This document shows, in pieces, positions 39,769-52,424 of a DNA stretch of 64,000 nucleotides. The stretch covers positions 186,001-250,000 of the forward strand of contig OZ287069.1 of NCBI GenBank assembly GCA_965645245.1, given 5' to 3'. The position numbers and the translations under genes are program-made. The DNA is from Massalongia carnosa. Lineage: Eukaryota. The notes below the pieces were generated by a model that was not told the origin of the DNA, searched no databases, and saw nothing but the letters and a program-made list of their open reading frames with translations. The first letter of the stretch is position 1, and each line of letters starts with the position of its first letter.

Positions 39769-40796
39769 CTACTTTGGGTTGCTATTGTTGGGGGTGTTGC
39801 CCCTGCAACTAAGTGCTGGGTGCTGTCTCCCGCAGTTGCTGCAGACGTGTTGGTATCTGCAGTCTCGGCAGTCCTTGCCTGTGTTATACCGATGGCAAGG
39901 GTAGGGCCTTGGAGTATTGCTGTTTGAATTGGTTGTGTATCCCCCAAATCCGGTCCGGGTTTGAAGGTTGTTGAGGGGCCTGTCGCGTTTAACCAGGTAT
40001 GTGTTTTCCAAGTCTGGGTAGCTTTGCCTCCATTTTACGGGGTCGTCCACTCCTTGATACCACAGCGTTCTATGAAATACCATATGAACTTGCAGCAACG
40101 ACTCCCATGTGTAGGTATTGTGAAGCAAAATCAGCCGGTCCTCGTATTTCATGAAGGCCCTTGCTAGATCTTTGAATAGACTTGGTTGTGCAAAGTGCAA
40201 TACCGCTTGCCAGTATACCAAAAGACAACGAATTAGGTGGGTGATACCCTTGATGTCGCTCAACGATGCGTCATCCTCGCCAGTAATGACCTCCAGACCT
40301 TTGCTGATATTGATAAATTTCTTCGTAAACTTGCTCGGAGTAACGTCACTGCACATCTTGGCGATATTGATGGGGTCAAACTTATTTTCCAAAATTTGCT
40401 TGAAATACAGCTGGTTTATGGCCGGAAAGTCACTTGTCAGAGGAGGATTCTTGGGTCATCCGTACCTTCGCTCTGAAAGGCCTGATTTGTCTGTTGGGAT
40501 CCCCCATGCTGAAATCCCGTAGGGGCCTCCTCCACCTCCAACGCGGCCTGTCTGTCGACAATTTCCTTCCTAAGCTTTCTCATTTCGGCCTGGCGCCCCT
40601 CTCGTACCAAAATGTCGCGTTGTACGCGAAGTTCAAGTAGCTCATCAGGGGTACCGGGGCGTGTAGGCCCTTCTTCCGCTGGCTGGCCGGCCTGCATTGT
40701 TGCGGAGGTCGGCTGAGAGTCAGGCACAAGGGGAGTGAGGGGGCCAGTGGGGCCGCTATCGTCGGCGGTGGACGCAATGCGGCGGGTAGTAGGCAT
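39769..40796 (-). pseudogene. gag-like ORF1 of the YR retrotransposon (frameshifted)
   Basis: C-terminal CHRYN...CRDCRYQHVCSNCGRQHPALSC zinc-finger cluster. Confidence 0.75.
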
Positions 40797-41053
40797 TCTG
40801 TTTATGGAAGGGAGTGATGAATAGTAAAATTCACGTGTAGGTATAATAGCATAATTGTCATTAAAGGTGTGGATTATATGTGAGCTATCTACTTCATTAT
40901 ATAGCAGTCACATTGGAGACCTTTCGGCGACCCTTTTCATAAGGAGTCAGCCGGTCCACTGAATCTCGGTCCCCGGAGGTCACCTCGGTCCCCGTAGTAG
41001 AGTCGCCGAAGATAAGCACTAGATGAATGCCCTTGATGGTAGTTCTTACCATC

Positions 41054-41421
41054 TGACAGGGAGTAGAGCGGAGCTAGGTTTATACGTGTTTATCGAAGAT
41101 GAGGAAGGGAAGAAGGATGGATTGTTCGTTAGGTTGGAAGATTGTTGGATCGGACTCAAAAACTATTATGCAGTGCTACCTCCGAATCCGAGATGATGAG
41201 GAGATGTAGGACTGCTTTGGCCCTCTATATAGCCTCCATCTCCCCCCTGTCATCCATCCTTCCCTATCCGATCCCCCGTCGTTATCCGAACCAGCTCCTG
41301 GCGGATAACCGTGCAAAACCGAAGAGGTCCGGATTTTGCATCACCTGTTGTCCCCGTCATGCGTGGAGAACCGCTGGTAGCCGATCCGCTGGTAGCCGAA
41401 TCCGCTGGTAGCCGAATAGCA
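41054..41421 (-). repeat. Possible LTR with three tandem CCGCTGGTAGCCGA(A)T units
   Basis: TG...CA ends, TATA-like CTATATAG, tandem repeats at 41371-41417; no second copy in the window. Confidence 0.3.
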
Positions 41422-41463
41422 TCGGTCCCGCACTAGCTCTCGCCATAGACGAACTAGATAGCA

Positions 41464-41583
41464 TGTTGGAATACTCGCTTAGCCCCATTAGTTCTAGATC
41501 AGCCCTGCAGGCTGCTATAAGCAGTCACCGTAGTAATTTCAACATTATGCCGTCAACTGTTCATTTAACAGGTTATGAGTCCC
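41464..41583 (+). repeat. Short Copia 5' LTR (41464-41570) plus PBS
   Basis: TGTTG...TAACA followed by GGTTATGAGTCCC, the same PBS type as the Copia at 10425. Confidence 0.65.
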
Positions 41584-42080
41584 GGGTTTGTGCTTTGCGC
41601 CCCTCCGACGGCATCCTACATGCATAGACTACCTTAAGGGCGGTTGGGGGTATTCGGACATGGTCTTGAGATGGTCTCAAGATATTATCTACTAGAACGT
41701 TCTTGTCTTAGTCTATCTACATAGTGATTACGTCAGTCAAGAAAGCAAATAGTGTTCAGATATTTTGTTTTCAAGACAATCTCGTGACTTTGTTATATGT
41801 AAGATATCTTATGATGTGGAATGCATGTTTCTAATAACATCATCTCAGGACGATCTTCGTTTGAAGAATTTCATCAGATTAGCTCATGATTCTTTTGAAT
41901 CAGGAGTGCTTTGAAACAGTGTGATATTTGGTTGACAAGATTTCAAGTTTCAGTTTGTGTTAGAGCCAAGTGCAAGCAAAACATTTTCTTCGGTCAAGCT
42001 ATGAGAAGCTAAATAGGATTGCACCAACAACTTCAAGCAAAACATCTTTTCTTCATACCAGTACAAAAAAAGCAAAGCGT

Positions 42081-42963
42081 TCACGAGCTAAACTGATCCT
42101 CGTCTTCGTTCTCGGCCTCGGTGACCTCTATCTCATCCATGATGGTACCAAATTCCTCCTTCTCTGGTTTGTCTGATGATTCCTTTCTCAGACGTTTTGT
42201 CCGAGCTGGTTTCAATTTGAAATGGTGTGGCTTGATGTTTTGGTATTTCGCCATTTGGGGAAACGTATCATAGAACTCTAGCAGGGAGGTTCGATCTGTC
42301 CCTTCTGCTCTGGGGGCATCCAAGAACAACTTCGTCTTCACCGCTAAATTAAGAAAAAACACTTGTTTCATATCAGTATGTAAATATCATCAGTTCTCCC
42401 ATGCCTTGTCACGTACCTTTAATCCAATAGGGTCCTCGAGGCATTACGCCCTTTTTTGAAGACTCATGAAACATCAAATCTTTTGCAGCCCATGGAAAAA
42501 CAGTTTCAGCATCGTGAGGATCGTATTGCTGTGCAAAAGCTTTGAATAATCTGCTCGAGTCATGCTCGGATTTCCAGCAGCCCTAGGTTGTCTCTCCTCA
42601 TCGCAGACTTCACATAGTCCTAAAAAAATTCAGAAGTCGAGTATAAACGCTAATAGCAAGCTACATACTTCCATACAGGTCAGAGAGCGATGTTTCCACG
42701 TTGAAACGTTGGACTGCGCTTTGGTGAGTCCTTTCCTGAAATATATATCTTCGTCATCCACATTTTCCTTGATTGCAGTACGTGCGATATGCGCTATCTG
42801 ATCTGCGTCCAACTTGCCATAACGAAGCGCAAATGGCCGCAAAGTAGCCTCCAATCGCATCGCTATTATATTCCATTCCGACGTAATGGCGTGTCTTCTC
42901 CGCCTCTTTTTTGTTGATATTTCTGCCGCTATTGGCCCTGATTCTATCTCGGATTGTGTCATA
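42081..42963 (-). CDS. Unknown intron-containing protein divergent from the transposase (possibly degenerate)
   Basis: ORFs 42630-43127 and 42081-42371 with GT-AG introns between them; KKRRRR NLS-like motif; acidic C-terminus. Confidence 0.5.
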
Positions 42964-43359
42964 GGTTCAAGGACCACTTCATTTGAGGATGAGATATTAA
43001 TGATTGTATTTGTGATATTAGCATGAACGATAGTGCAATCGGAAGAAAGCCTGAAGAATGGTAATGTTCTGAAACAGTGTGCTAAAGCCCTAAGAACTAA
43101 AATATCAACGCACAAGCAGTTCTTCATGAGAATACCTCACCTGCGCACAGAATTGAACTCAGTCATAAGACACGATGCCTCGTCGTGTATTTCAGGATGA
43201 TGTGACGGAGAATATGATGATCGATGAAGGTCATGTTTTGAGGAAGAGAAGAAAGCCTAAATCATTGACACTACTTCAATCATCTCAGCAGTAAGCCTTC
43301 TTCATATCAGTCTGAATAAACCGGACCTTGATGAATTAAGTTTCCAGGGTCCTCCTCTT

Positions 43360-46300
43360 GTGGAAAAGGCATTGATTGTTTCAGCATCCACTGTTCAAAG
43401 CAGTGTCCCACAGGCCAACCCACAGCCTTTCAAAAGTCAACCGATAGACTTCCCCGATCATGAGTCTATGCAAGCCGGTTCTTCATATCAACACAATTCT
43501 GCACATATTCATGAGGAGCAAAAGCAGACTCAGAGCTCAGAACCAATAGCAATGACGCATAAGAAGAGAACCATAGAGAATCTAGATAAAATTCAATCAT
43601 CGTCTAATCAAGTTCCTGAACAACACGTTCAAGACAATTTCCCAGCCGATATAGAGACGGCATTCGATCAAAATAGTGATTATGAGCGGGAAACTGATGA
43701 AGAGTTTCAAAAGGTTAATACTCGACCTACTTCAATCGCTGATACATCGGCCTTTGCTGTCGGCTTAATTTCTTCAAATGCTATCATGACATTATCATCC
43801 AATCAACTCGCGGAATTTGATATAGAAAGCACAGACACCGCTGAGTCTTTCAACGAGTTTGCCCCTTCTGCTTCTGAAAGCACGATTGATGATGATATCC
43901 GGGTGCCCTCCCGCCCAGTACGAGGAGAAATATCGGATTTCTGCTTGGCTCTTGGTCTCTGGTGTGATAAAGAAGGCATCAAGCGACGCACCTATGATGG
44001 CCTGCTCGAAGTTTTGCAACTGTTAGACGTTCATGAAGTGCGAAATTTGCCAAAGCGACTATCAACTTTGCAGTCCTGGTGCCGTAAGCGCCTTCCCCTT
44101 CCATCCATTCAGAAGGCAGCGATATCAGTACGACGAGAAAAACAACCCACCGGAACACCAAGACCGGCTCAAGCGAACGTCTATTACTTTGATACTCGAA
44201 CTGTCATCAGTATCTTACTTTCAGCCACGACTCAACGAAACATTCATATCGGTATGGCAGAGATCGTTGATAGTCCTTCGGAATACTGGCACTCAAACAG
44301 TTGGGGTTCTTCTATTCGCACATGTTCCACTGATTTTGCGAGATTTCCCGATTCATCCCCTATTTTTCCCTCTGACATTGTGCAGTATCGCTGTGGCAAT
44401 GATAAATGTGGAATTATTCATGATAGTCACTGCGGACAGGTCATATTTTTTGGACGTGATCAAAGATCGCGATCTCTGACCCTAGGTTAAACTCTTGTCA
44501 GGGTTCGTCCTTTGATAAGTAGAAAGAACGTTGACGAATATTCAGTTCCAGTCACGTTTGACTGGCCCGAAGATCAGTTGCTTTTGATAGAAGACGCGGA
44601 TCAAGATGTCTTATCCGAGCATGTTCTAGCTCGCCGTTTCGATGTTGCAGTTTGTAGGGATGATCAGTTACGGTCTACAACGCCTGTCTTAATTCGTCAG
44701 ATATTCAACGTCACGCGAGGAGATCTTAGATCAATCAAACTTTCATCACCGATTCGAGCGGAATTAGAAATGGAGGTCTTTGGTCGAGAGTACCTAATCT
44801 CACAGCTAATTAAAGGAGTTCAGTCATATCCTCTAGTCATTTTCATCGACGATTTCGGGTTATATCGAAACATGTATCGTTCCATCACAGGTGTTTATGC
44901 CATGCCAGCAGGCTTGCCCGCCTCGGAACGTCAAAAGAGTTTTAATGCTTACACCATTGCTCTTGGCCCGCACGGATCCGAGTTTAACGATGTGATGAAC
45001 TGTCTTCATATCAGTTTGGGAAACATGGATCGTGGTTGCATTCTTGAAATCAATGGACAGAAACAAGCGGCTTGGGCCCCGATTCTAGCATATCTTGGTG
45101 ATATGAAGCAGCAGCAAGCCTCCGGAGGGTTTCTTGGGCCTCGTGCCAACTATTGTTGTCGCTTTTGTGATGCGGGCCTTCATAATCGAGGAGATTTGCA
45201 GCGGGATATTCTACTTCATGGTCGTTATCATCATGAGGTGTTGGCTATACGAAAAAAAAGCCTAGCAATAAAAGGAAAGACAAAGAGACTGGCATATCTT
45301 ACACGAAATGGGCTCAAATCCGAATCTTCTACGCTTCAGACATTAACCCCGGCGCTTGATCTTATCATGAGTTGTCCACCGGATCCGGCTCATAGCGAGT
45401 ATTACGGACTGGTACGAAGATTGTACCCTCTTCTTTACACGAAAATACTCACGAAACGGGCTGCTGAAGAGTTTACAGCTGCCTTGCACTGTTTCCCGTT
45501 TCCACCTGGCTGGGGTCGAATACAGTCTCCGGCAATACATATGGCCTCATGGAGTATGAGCGAATGCGCTCGTGCCTCAGTCGTAATACCTCTACTTCTT
45601 CGCTGTTGGTTAAGAAACCATCATGAACGAAAGCCTTTTCGAAATGGATTAAAAATCCAGTTTCCTAAAGAATGTCGCCATTGCGCTTCAGATGAAGATT
45701 TGATAGTGTTTTGCTTTGGGAAACTCGCATGGAGTAACACGTTAATCTCGTCTTTTGAGTTATCCCTTAAAGATCGTCAAGAATTTCACAGTCAAATCAT
45801 CAATGCTCGACAATATTTTTTAGGTCTGATGAATGCAGCACAAAATCCAAAAGGACAAGGAAAGAAGAAAGACAACGAGAAAAGTGATTTTGTTACTGAA
45901 GAGTTGTCTTCCAGTTCTAGACGAGCATCGATTTCTGAAACATCCATAAACTTCCTTGATGGTGACACGGACACTCCATTTGAAGAGGCGTCCGTTGATA
46001 ATCTTGCATCAGATACCAACATGGGACTTTCTGCATCAATGACTGCTCGGAATGGCGAGGCCAATAAGCTGCCAAACTTTCATATCGGTATGCATTTCGA
46101 AAGAGTCATGCAGGAGTATGGTGTTCTGTGGAACGTTAATGTACTCTTTGGAGAAGACAAACATCGCTTTTTTAAGCAAGCAGTATTGTCAACAAATCAT
46201 CGAAAGCCAGAGCGACAGCTTTTAGTGAAAGCCGCTATCCTCTTCACTATTGTCGCTCTTTTGAATGGCTCGTTTCGTCATACCGATCTGGAGATCACTC

Positions 46301-46995
46301 TGCAAATGATTCGTTTGAAGCGGAACTGCCCGGCTCTTCTTGAGAGTCTATTATTCCACGGGGATCGCTCACAAACAGACGATCAAGAGTCGACAAATAC
46401 TTGTCTATTAGAATCTCCCTCATATCTAAAACCTACAGTGCGGGGAAAGCTCAAACCTTCCTATGCACAAAATCAAGGTCTTCCTATCAGAATAACCAAC
46501 TCTACAGAGCTCCGATTTAGGCAACTGATGCAGACTGCTATGATCGAGTATGGCCTTAACTGCGTCCAATGGGGAAACAAGCCTTTGTACTGGTATGAAC
46601 AATGCTCCTTTACTGTCAGGTCAACCGGCAAACGTTTCTCATTGCATATTGGCGACTTTCTTCGAATCCGCTCTGGCACATATGCTCAGCTTCGACAAAT
46701 TTATACTCACTGTCTACCATTTGAGGATATTCAGCGAGTGTTCCTTTGGATTCGACTGCTAGAGACCGCTTCCTATAAAGACGAGGTCCTAAATTTAAGC
46801 ATCTTTCAACTGACAAACACGGATAGAATAATCCCGTTATTCTTTGTTGATCCAGATAAGATCTACATTGTTCCTATCAATCGTACACTCAATGAGCCAG
46901 TATCATCACATACTATGCCGACCATAAGTTCAAGCAGTAACAAAGAATCAGACATGGATTTGTTACATTGTACATGGGGAATCAACTTTTTATAA
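43360..46995 (+). pseudogene. CACTA/CMC-like DDE transposase (~1200 aa), one in-frame TAA at 44488
   Basis: ORFs 43360 and 44512 share a frame; FIDDFG, YLGDMKQQ, CCRFC, PDPAH and GEDKH motifs. Confidence 0.72.
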
Positions 46996-47337
46996 GAAAA
47001 ATCATCATGACGACTGAACTGATGTCGCGTGAATTTAGGACAACACTTTCGCTACTAGCCTCAAACATCGTGTTGATCTTCATTTCACTTCATCTACCCT
47101 TTTTCATCTTTACCTTTTCATCCATCTTTACCTTTTTTCTCATCTTTATCTTTCTTCCCATCCGTCATTGATTTGTTCTTTCAATCCTACTGCTCATTCC
47201 TTCTTAATCTTAGTACTACTATCGATCTCTTCTCGATCATCAGTTCTTAAACTGGTATGATCGTCTGACTTGATTTTGAGATACAACCTCATCTCACATT
47301 GCATTATCACAGATTTCAGCCTCTACTTATCCACATC

Positions 47338-50300
47338 ATGGAAGAAAATGTATATGCCTCATAATATCTTCATCTAAAGCTTTTAACTTACCTTTTTTCA
47401 GGCGATCCCGATCACGCCTAGAAAAACGAGGAGAGCGGTAAAGAAGGATATAGATAAAATGATGACAAATGAGAACTTGGACACTCATGCCAAGTTTTTC
47501 AAGAATGAACAAAAGACAGCCGCTTATTTAGGATACAGCGATGTCGCCGAATATAGGAAGTTTCGGTTCAGTAGTGTTGTACTGGAATGGTATATTCCAT
47601 ATTATCAAAAACTGCCAACAGAGAAGTGTCAAAACTCCTCTGGCGCTTCTTCGAGATCTTCCTGACCTGTCAGATGCTTTTCCAGTTGACTTAGGTCAGC
47701 TTCTTTCAAAATATCCTATTACAGATCAGGATGATAGGGCCAACAGGCGTCAAAACAGTGATAGCAGGGACTATCTATATGCCGCCATACTTTTTCGACT
47801 CGCAGAAGCCATTGATGAGGTTTCGTCTACTAGATTTTATGATGTTGAAAGACACAGAGCGGCTTCAAATCGATTTGAAAAAATTATAAGTTTGAACATA
47901 CCAAATATCAAGATTCCCGCGTTCAACGACACTGTCATACAGTATCCTAAACTGGGTCCCTTGCAAAATTTCAAAGAAGACGAGTTAGAAAGGTATAGCC
48001 GAACCAACTCAATTTTGAAGTCTCTGCAATGTGTCCTCGCGCCAACAAAGTAGAGGGAAACATTCGTCAATGCAAAAAGTTCACCATACGCATCCACTTT
48101 GATCTCTGCTGACATGATACCCTCTTGGATGCGGCCTGAGGAGCCGCAAGATGATCTTTCTATTACTATTGCTTCTGTCGAGCCAACCGAATTGATACGA
48201 AAATCCTTCATATTGTATCTGAATCGTCAGCAGAAGACCAAATTCAGTTCAAAGCTTGACAAGCATTTTCAAGAGTTTATCGTGTTCAATGGTTTACGCC
48301 TTCCCGAGAGCAATGTGCAAGTAGAGCGAGATCCACGTGCATATCCAATGGGTGAGATGTGGCGAGATACTCTGCGCCGACAGCTTCACTTTGAACAGCT
48401 TCGTGTAGACTTCTTGACAATGAGTCTTACTGTAAGAAATACAGTCATACCGATACGAGAGTTGTTGATCTACGACCTAAATCACCCCTCTACTGCAGCT
48501 TCCTGGTCGGAGGTCCAGGAATTTCTTGCCAAAAAGGATGTGGACGAGTTCATATTCTCTTATAATCTGCATGTCATTGAGGAACATGAAGACTTTGACT
48601 ATGAGCATGACGGACCACTCTTGGCAATTCTGAAAGACATTCAGGTGACGGAAGACAACGATGTAGCTGTGAGATCTGTGATCGATCCAGTGAGCACTCG
48701 ATCTATTGATGAAGCTTTCGAGAAGATGTCACAAACTTCACAAGCGCTCGAGGACACTATGCTAATGGCTAATGCAAAATGACACGGAAAACATGGACCC
48801 TAGCTTAATGGAAGGATCCTATTCGCCGTCTTTGCACAATAAACTGCGGCAATTTTTGTCTGATGGATCCACGATTGCTCGAAAAAAATCCATTCCGCAG
48901 TTATATTTTGACTCAACGCAACGCTCGGAAATGCTTCTATATCATGAAAACTTTGATGTTTTTACCGAAGAAGGTCTGCTACGCTGGCAACATCATGTAC
49001 TGGACAAAGTCTGCGGTCAGATGCCGAAGGCTTTGAAGGATAATAGTATCTTGAAGCTTAATAAAAAGGTGCGAGAAGAGCTACAACAAGCTCAAACTGA
49101 TAGCGAGACTGCGCTTCTCTCAGCTGAGGTATTTATTCAATCTCATATCAGTTTGAAGTTGTCTCTAACATGTCTTGAAAAGCCCGATTCCGTTCATGAT
49201 CTCAAACGATATTTCGACATTCAAAACGCCTTTACAGGCAGCGCATCACAGACCGGTCCACCTATTGCTATCTGCAAGATAATACTCGGCATGAAGTTCA
49301 TTTCGAAGCACGGTCAAGCACAGCTGCTTGACAGAAGTTTTTGTACCCTCATCGGAGACTGCAAAGTCTCCTTTCTTGACAGTCAGATAAATGGAGCAGT
49401 TTTCATGCTACAGCGATCATGTGGGAGAATACCTATCGACTCGGAACGCGTCAATGATCCCGAACTGGCCAAGGCAGCAAAAAAACTAGAGAGTATTCAA
49501 ACATTTGGTGGAATAGTTGTTGACACAATGGGGTTTGGAAAAACCTATACAGCATTACTTTTTCTGGCGTATTACGCGCGATGCATGACAGAGAGAGACG
49601 TGAACATCATAGCTGCGCATCGACCGGCACTCTGCATTGCTCCGAGTGGAATTGTCTTGCATCAATGGCAAGAAGAAATTATACAGTTCCCAACCCTTAC
49701 ACTAATAATCGCACATGGAGACAGACCCATTAACGCTAAATTTGCTCTCAATTGGGTTTCAGCAACAGCAATGCGTGAAGCTCCCAGAAAGCTGACGAAT
49801 TGACCTCCTCATTTGCGGTACATTTTTGATCAAAGCAATCCAACCGCTTCACAGGTCGTAATACTTTCGTCTTACGATACTTTTGCGAGCCGAACTCTTT
49901 CTGTACATACGAAATTGAGCAAAAGTGGAAGAGAAAAGAAAACCTTTAATTCTAAATGGACAGGAGTATTTGGACCAGTTCTTTTAGACGAGGGCCACAA
50001 ATTGCGACATCCTGGCACCAAGATCTTTGCCAGTATCAAGCAGCTCGAGGCTGAGGTACACTGGTTTTTGACCGCTACACCCGTCATCAACGATTCATTG
50101 GTAATGTTTTCATATTGATATGAAAAGGGCTGATGATCTCTAACGAGTCTGTTAGGACATACTCGGACCTTTATTAATCTTATGGCCACGGGTAAAACAA
50201 GACATATTGATGAATCCGACTTCGAGTGAATGGCTGATGCAGCACGCGGCGGAGTCCTATCATAGCTTTGAAGCGATTCAGTCGTTGTCCGAAACGGATT

Positions 50301-52424
50301 CTAAACGACGTATCGTCATGGATCCTAAGAGGCATGCACAATCGAATCTCGACCTCTTTTTCGTCATTTATTAACTGTCATACAGAATCGAAGCTTTGTT
50401 GCTCACTCAAGATGTGCAGCTTATTGCAAAACATTATCACTACATGGACGAGCTGATAATGATTCGCCGCTCCACTGCCTCCATCCTGAAGATCAATGAT
50501 CATGAAACTGTTTCTATGCGCTCCATGATCCCAAGCCACGAAGTTAGAACCGTTGAGCTCACTTATCAAGAAGAAGAAGCAGCGGAGTCCCAATGGGTAC
50601 ATAGAGCTCACGCTCGGTTAACTTATTCTTCATATCGATATGAATCTGAGAAGCAAATAAAAGCTAATGTATGGATGCAGGGAATTTGTTCAAGCCATAA
50701 AAGATTGGAAGGGCAAGAAGAGGGAGAAGCCATAAATTACAGCTATCAAGAAAGCTGGAGCCGATAATTTCCCACACATCATAGCACCATTACGACATTT
50801 AACTCTCGCCAGTGCCTCCCTTCTTCTCAGTAGACTCGACCGCATGCTTCGATAAATAGGCCATAACACCTTGGTCAACGATATCAACCGATTTCGAGCA
50901 AAAGGCGTGACTGCTCATCATATCATTAATCTTGTGAAACGAGAAGTAGACTCTGATGTTACTACTGGTTCGGAAAAACTCAAATTTCTGACCTACGGTT
51001 CTCCCACCATGAAGTCCATACTATATCAAATTCATACTTATGTATTACCTCATATCGTTACGGACAAGCCACGGAAGCTATTGATTACAGAAGATGTACC
51101 ACTCAACGCCTTTTTCTGGGATAGCGTGTGTAATTTTGCATACGTGGAGACCGAAGTGTTACACGCTGGATTGACGGATTTAGAGCGCGTGAATCTTGTT
51201 AAAAGATTCAGCGATCCTAAAGATTCCTTACTGATTATGATAATAATGTATCAGGTGTCGGCACAAGGAGTAAATCTGGATAGATGTTGTTGTCGGGTTT
51301 TAGTGGCAACGCCAGCAATCAATGCACCGTCAGAAATTCAAGCTTGGTCTCGAGTAATCCGGGTATGTTATCTGAAAAGAGCGTGACCTTTCTTCGTACC
51401 GATACGAAAGTCTAATCGTTGCAGTTTCATGCAGGTTTCTCAAACCGAACCCGTGTTGGTTGTTCGAGTTGTAACAAAGAATTCTCATGATCAATATCGA
51501 GACTCCAAGCAAACAGACAAGGCCGTGGTGGACTTAGCCACTCGATCCTTCTCGTCAGAGGTGCAGAACCTACTAGTTGACTTGTTAAATGAGTCAAACA
51601 AATACGTAAAAGAGGCACACGAGAGTCAGAGAGGACACGAGATTCTGAAGGAAAAGAATTTTCTTCCCACAGAGGATTCAAATAACTCGATGAATGTCGA
51701 GTTTGACGAGGAGACCGGCGGTAGATTAGCTATCACGGTGCAATATCCATTGGATCTTGATCTCGATACAGTCACGAATCCTACACCCCGAAAACGTCTG
51801 AGACCTGACAGATTCGCGGATACAATGCTGCAAGATGATGTTTATCAAGAGTACGGTCAAGGTAAGCGCCGTAAATTGAAGGGCAAAGCATCCATGAATG
51901 AAGATGTGGACGAAGACTTTTCAGATCAGTTTGAGGAAGACTCGTCATTTAAGGACAGTGAGAACAAAGAGGAGAACGATGACGAGGAATCCGAGGTGAC
52001 ATCGGATGATAGTGATGATGCTTTTCAAAGTGATGGAGACGGAGATGAGATAACTGCCTTGAAAGATATTGTTTTGGAGACGACAACGACCAAGAACTTG
52101 AGACAAAATTACAGCAAACTAACTTCCATCGAGCAGGAGCAATACAATCAAGATGAAATGAACTTACGATACTTGTTGAGCTTGTCACCGACAAGAATCT
52201 ACACTCTCGAGGACTTGGACGACATCGAAGTACTTGATCGAGCGTTGAGGCTGCTCTTTCATGCTCGGTTCGGTCAAGCTCAGCAATATATGAGGATTAG
52301 TCCTCACGTCACTTACGATAAATTACCAAGCAAAGTGTCGAATGCCATCAAAGCTAAATTACGGGTGGAGGAACAACATGTCAAGCAATGTTTGAGCATA
52401 CTCAATGCTGCTGGAGTTTTGTAA
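47338..52424 (+). pseudogene. Large multi-exon gene with a SNF2-family (SF2) ATPase/helicase core and acidic C-terminal region; stops and frameshifts present
   Basis: GGIVVDTMGFGKT, IAP..VLHQWQEEI, LSSY, LLDEGH, LTATP, SAQGVNL, QAWSRVIR|VSQ..PV.V.R. Confidence 0.85.

Larger units (their letters stand above)
34285..40830 (-). mobile_element. Tyrosine-recombinase retrotransposon (DIRS order, Ngaro-like), interrupted by a CACTA; boundaries approximate
   Basis: Overlapping gag-like, RT, RNase H and YR ORFs in that order on the minus strand. Confidence 0.9.
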
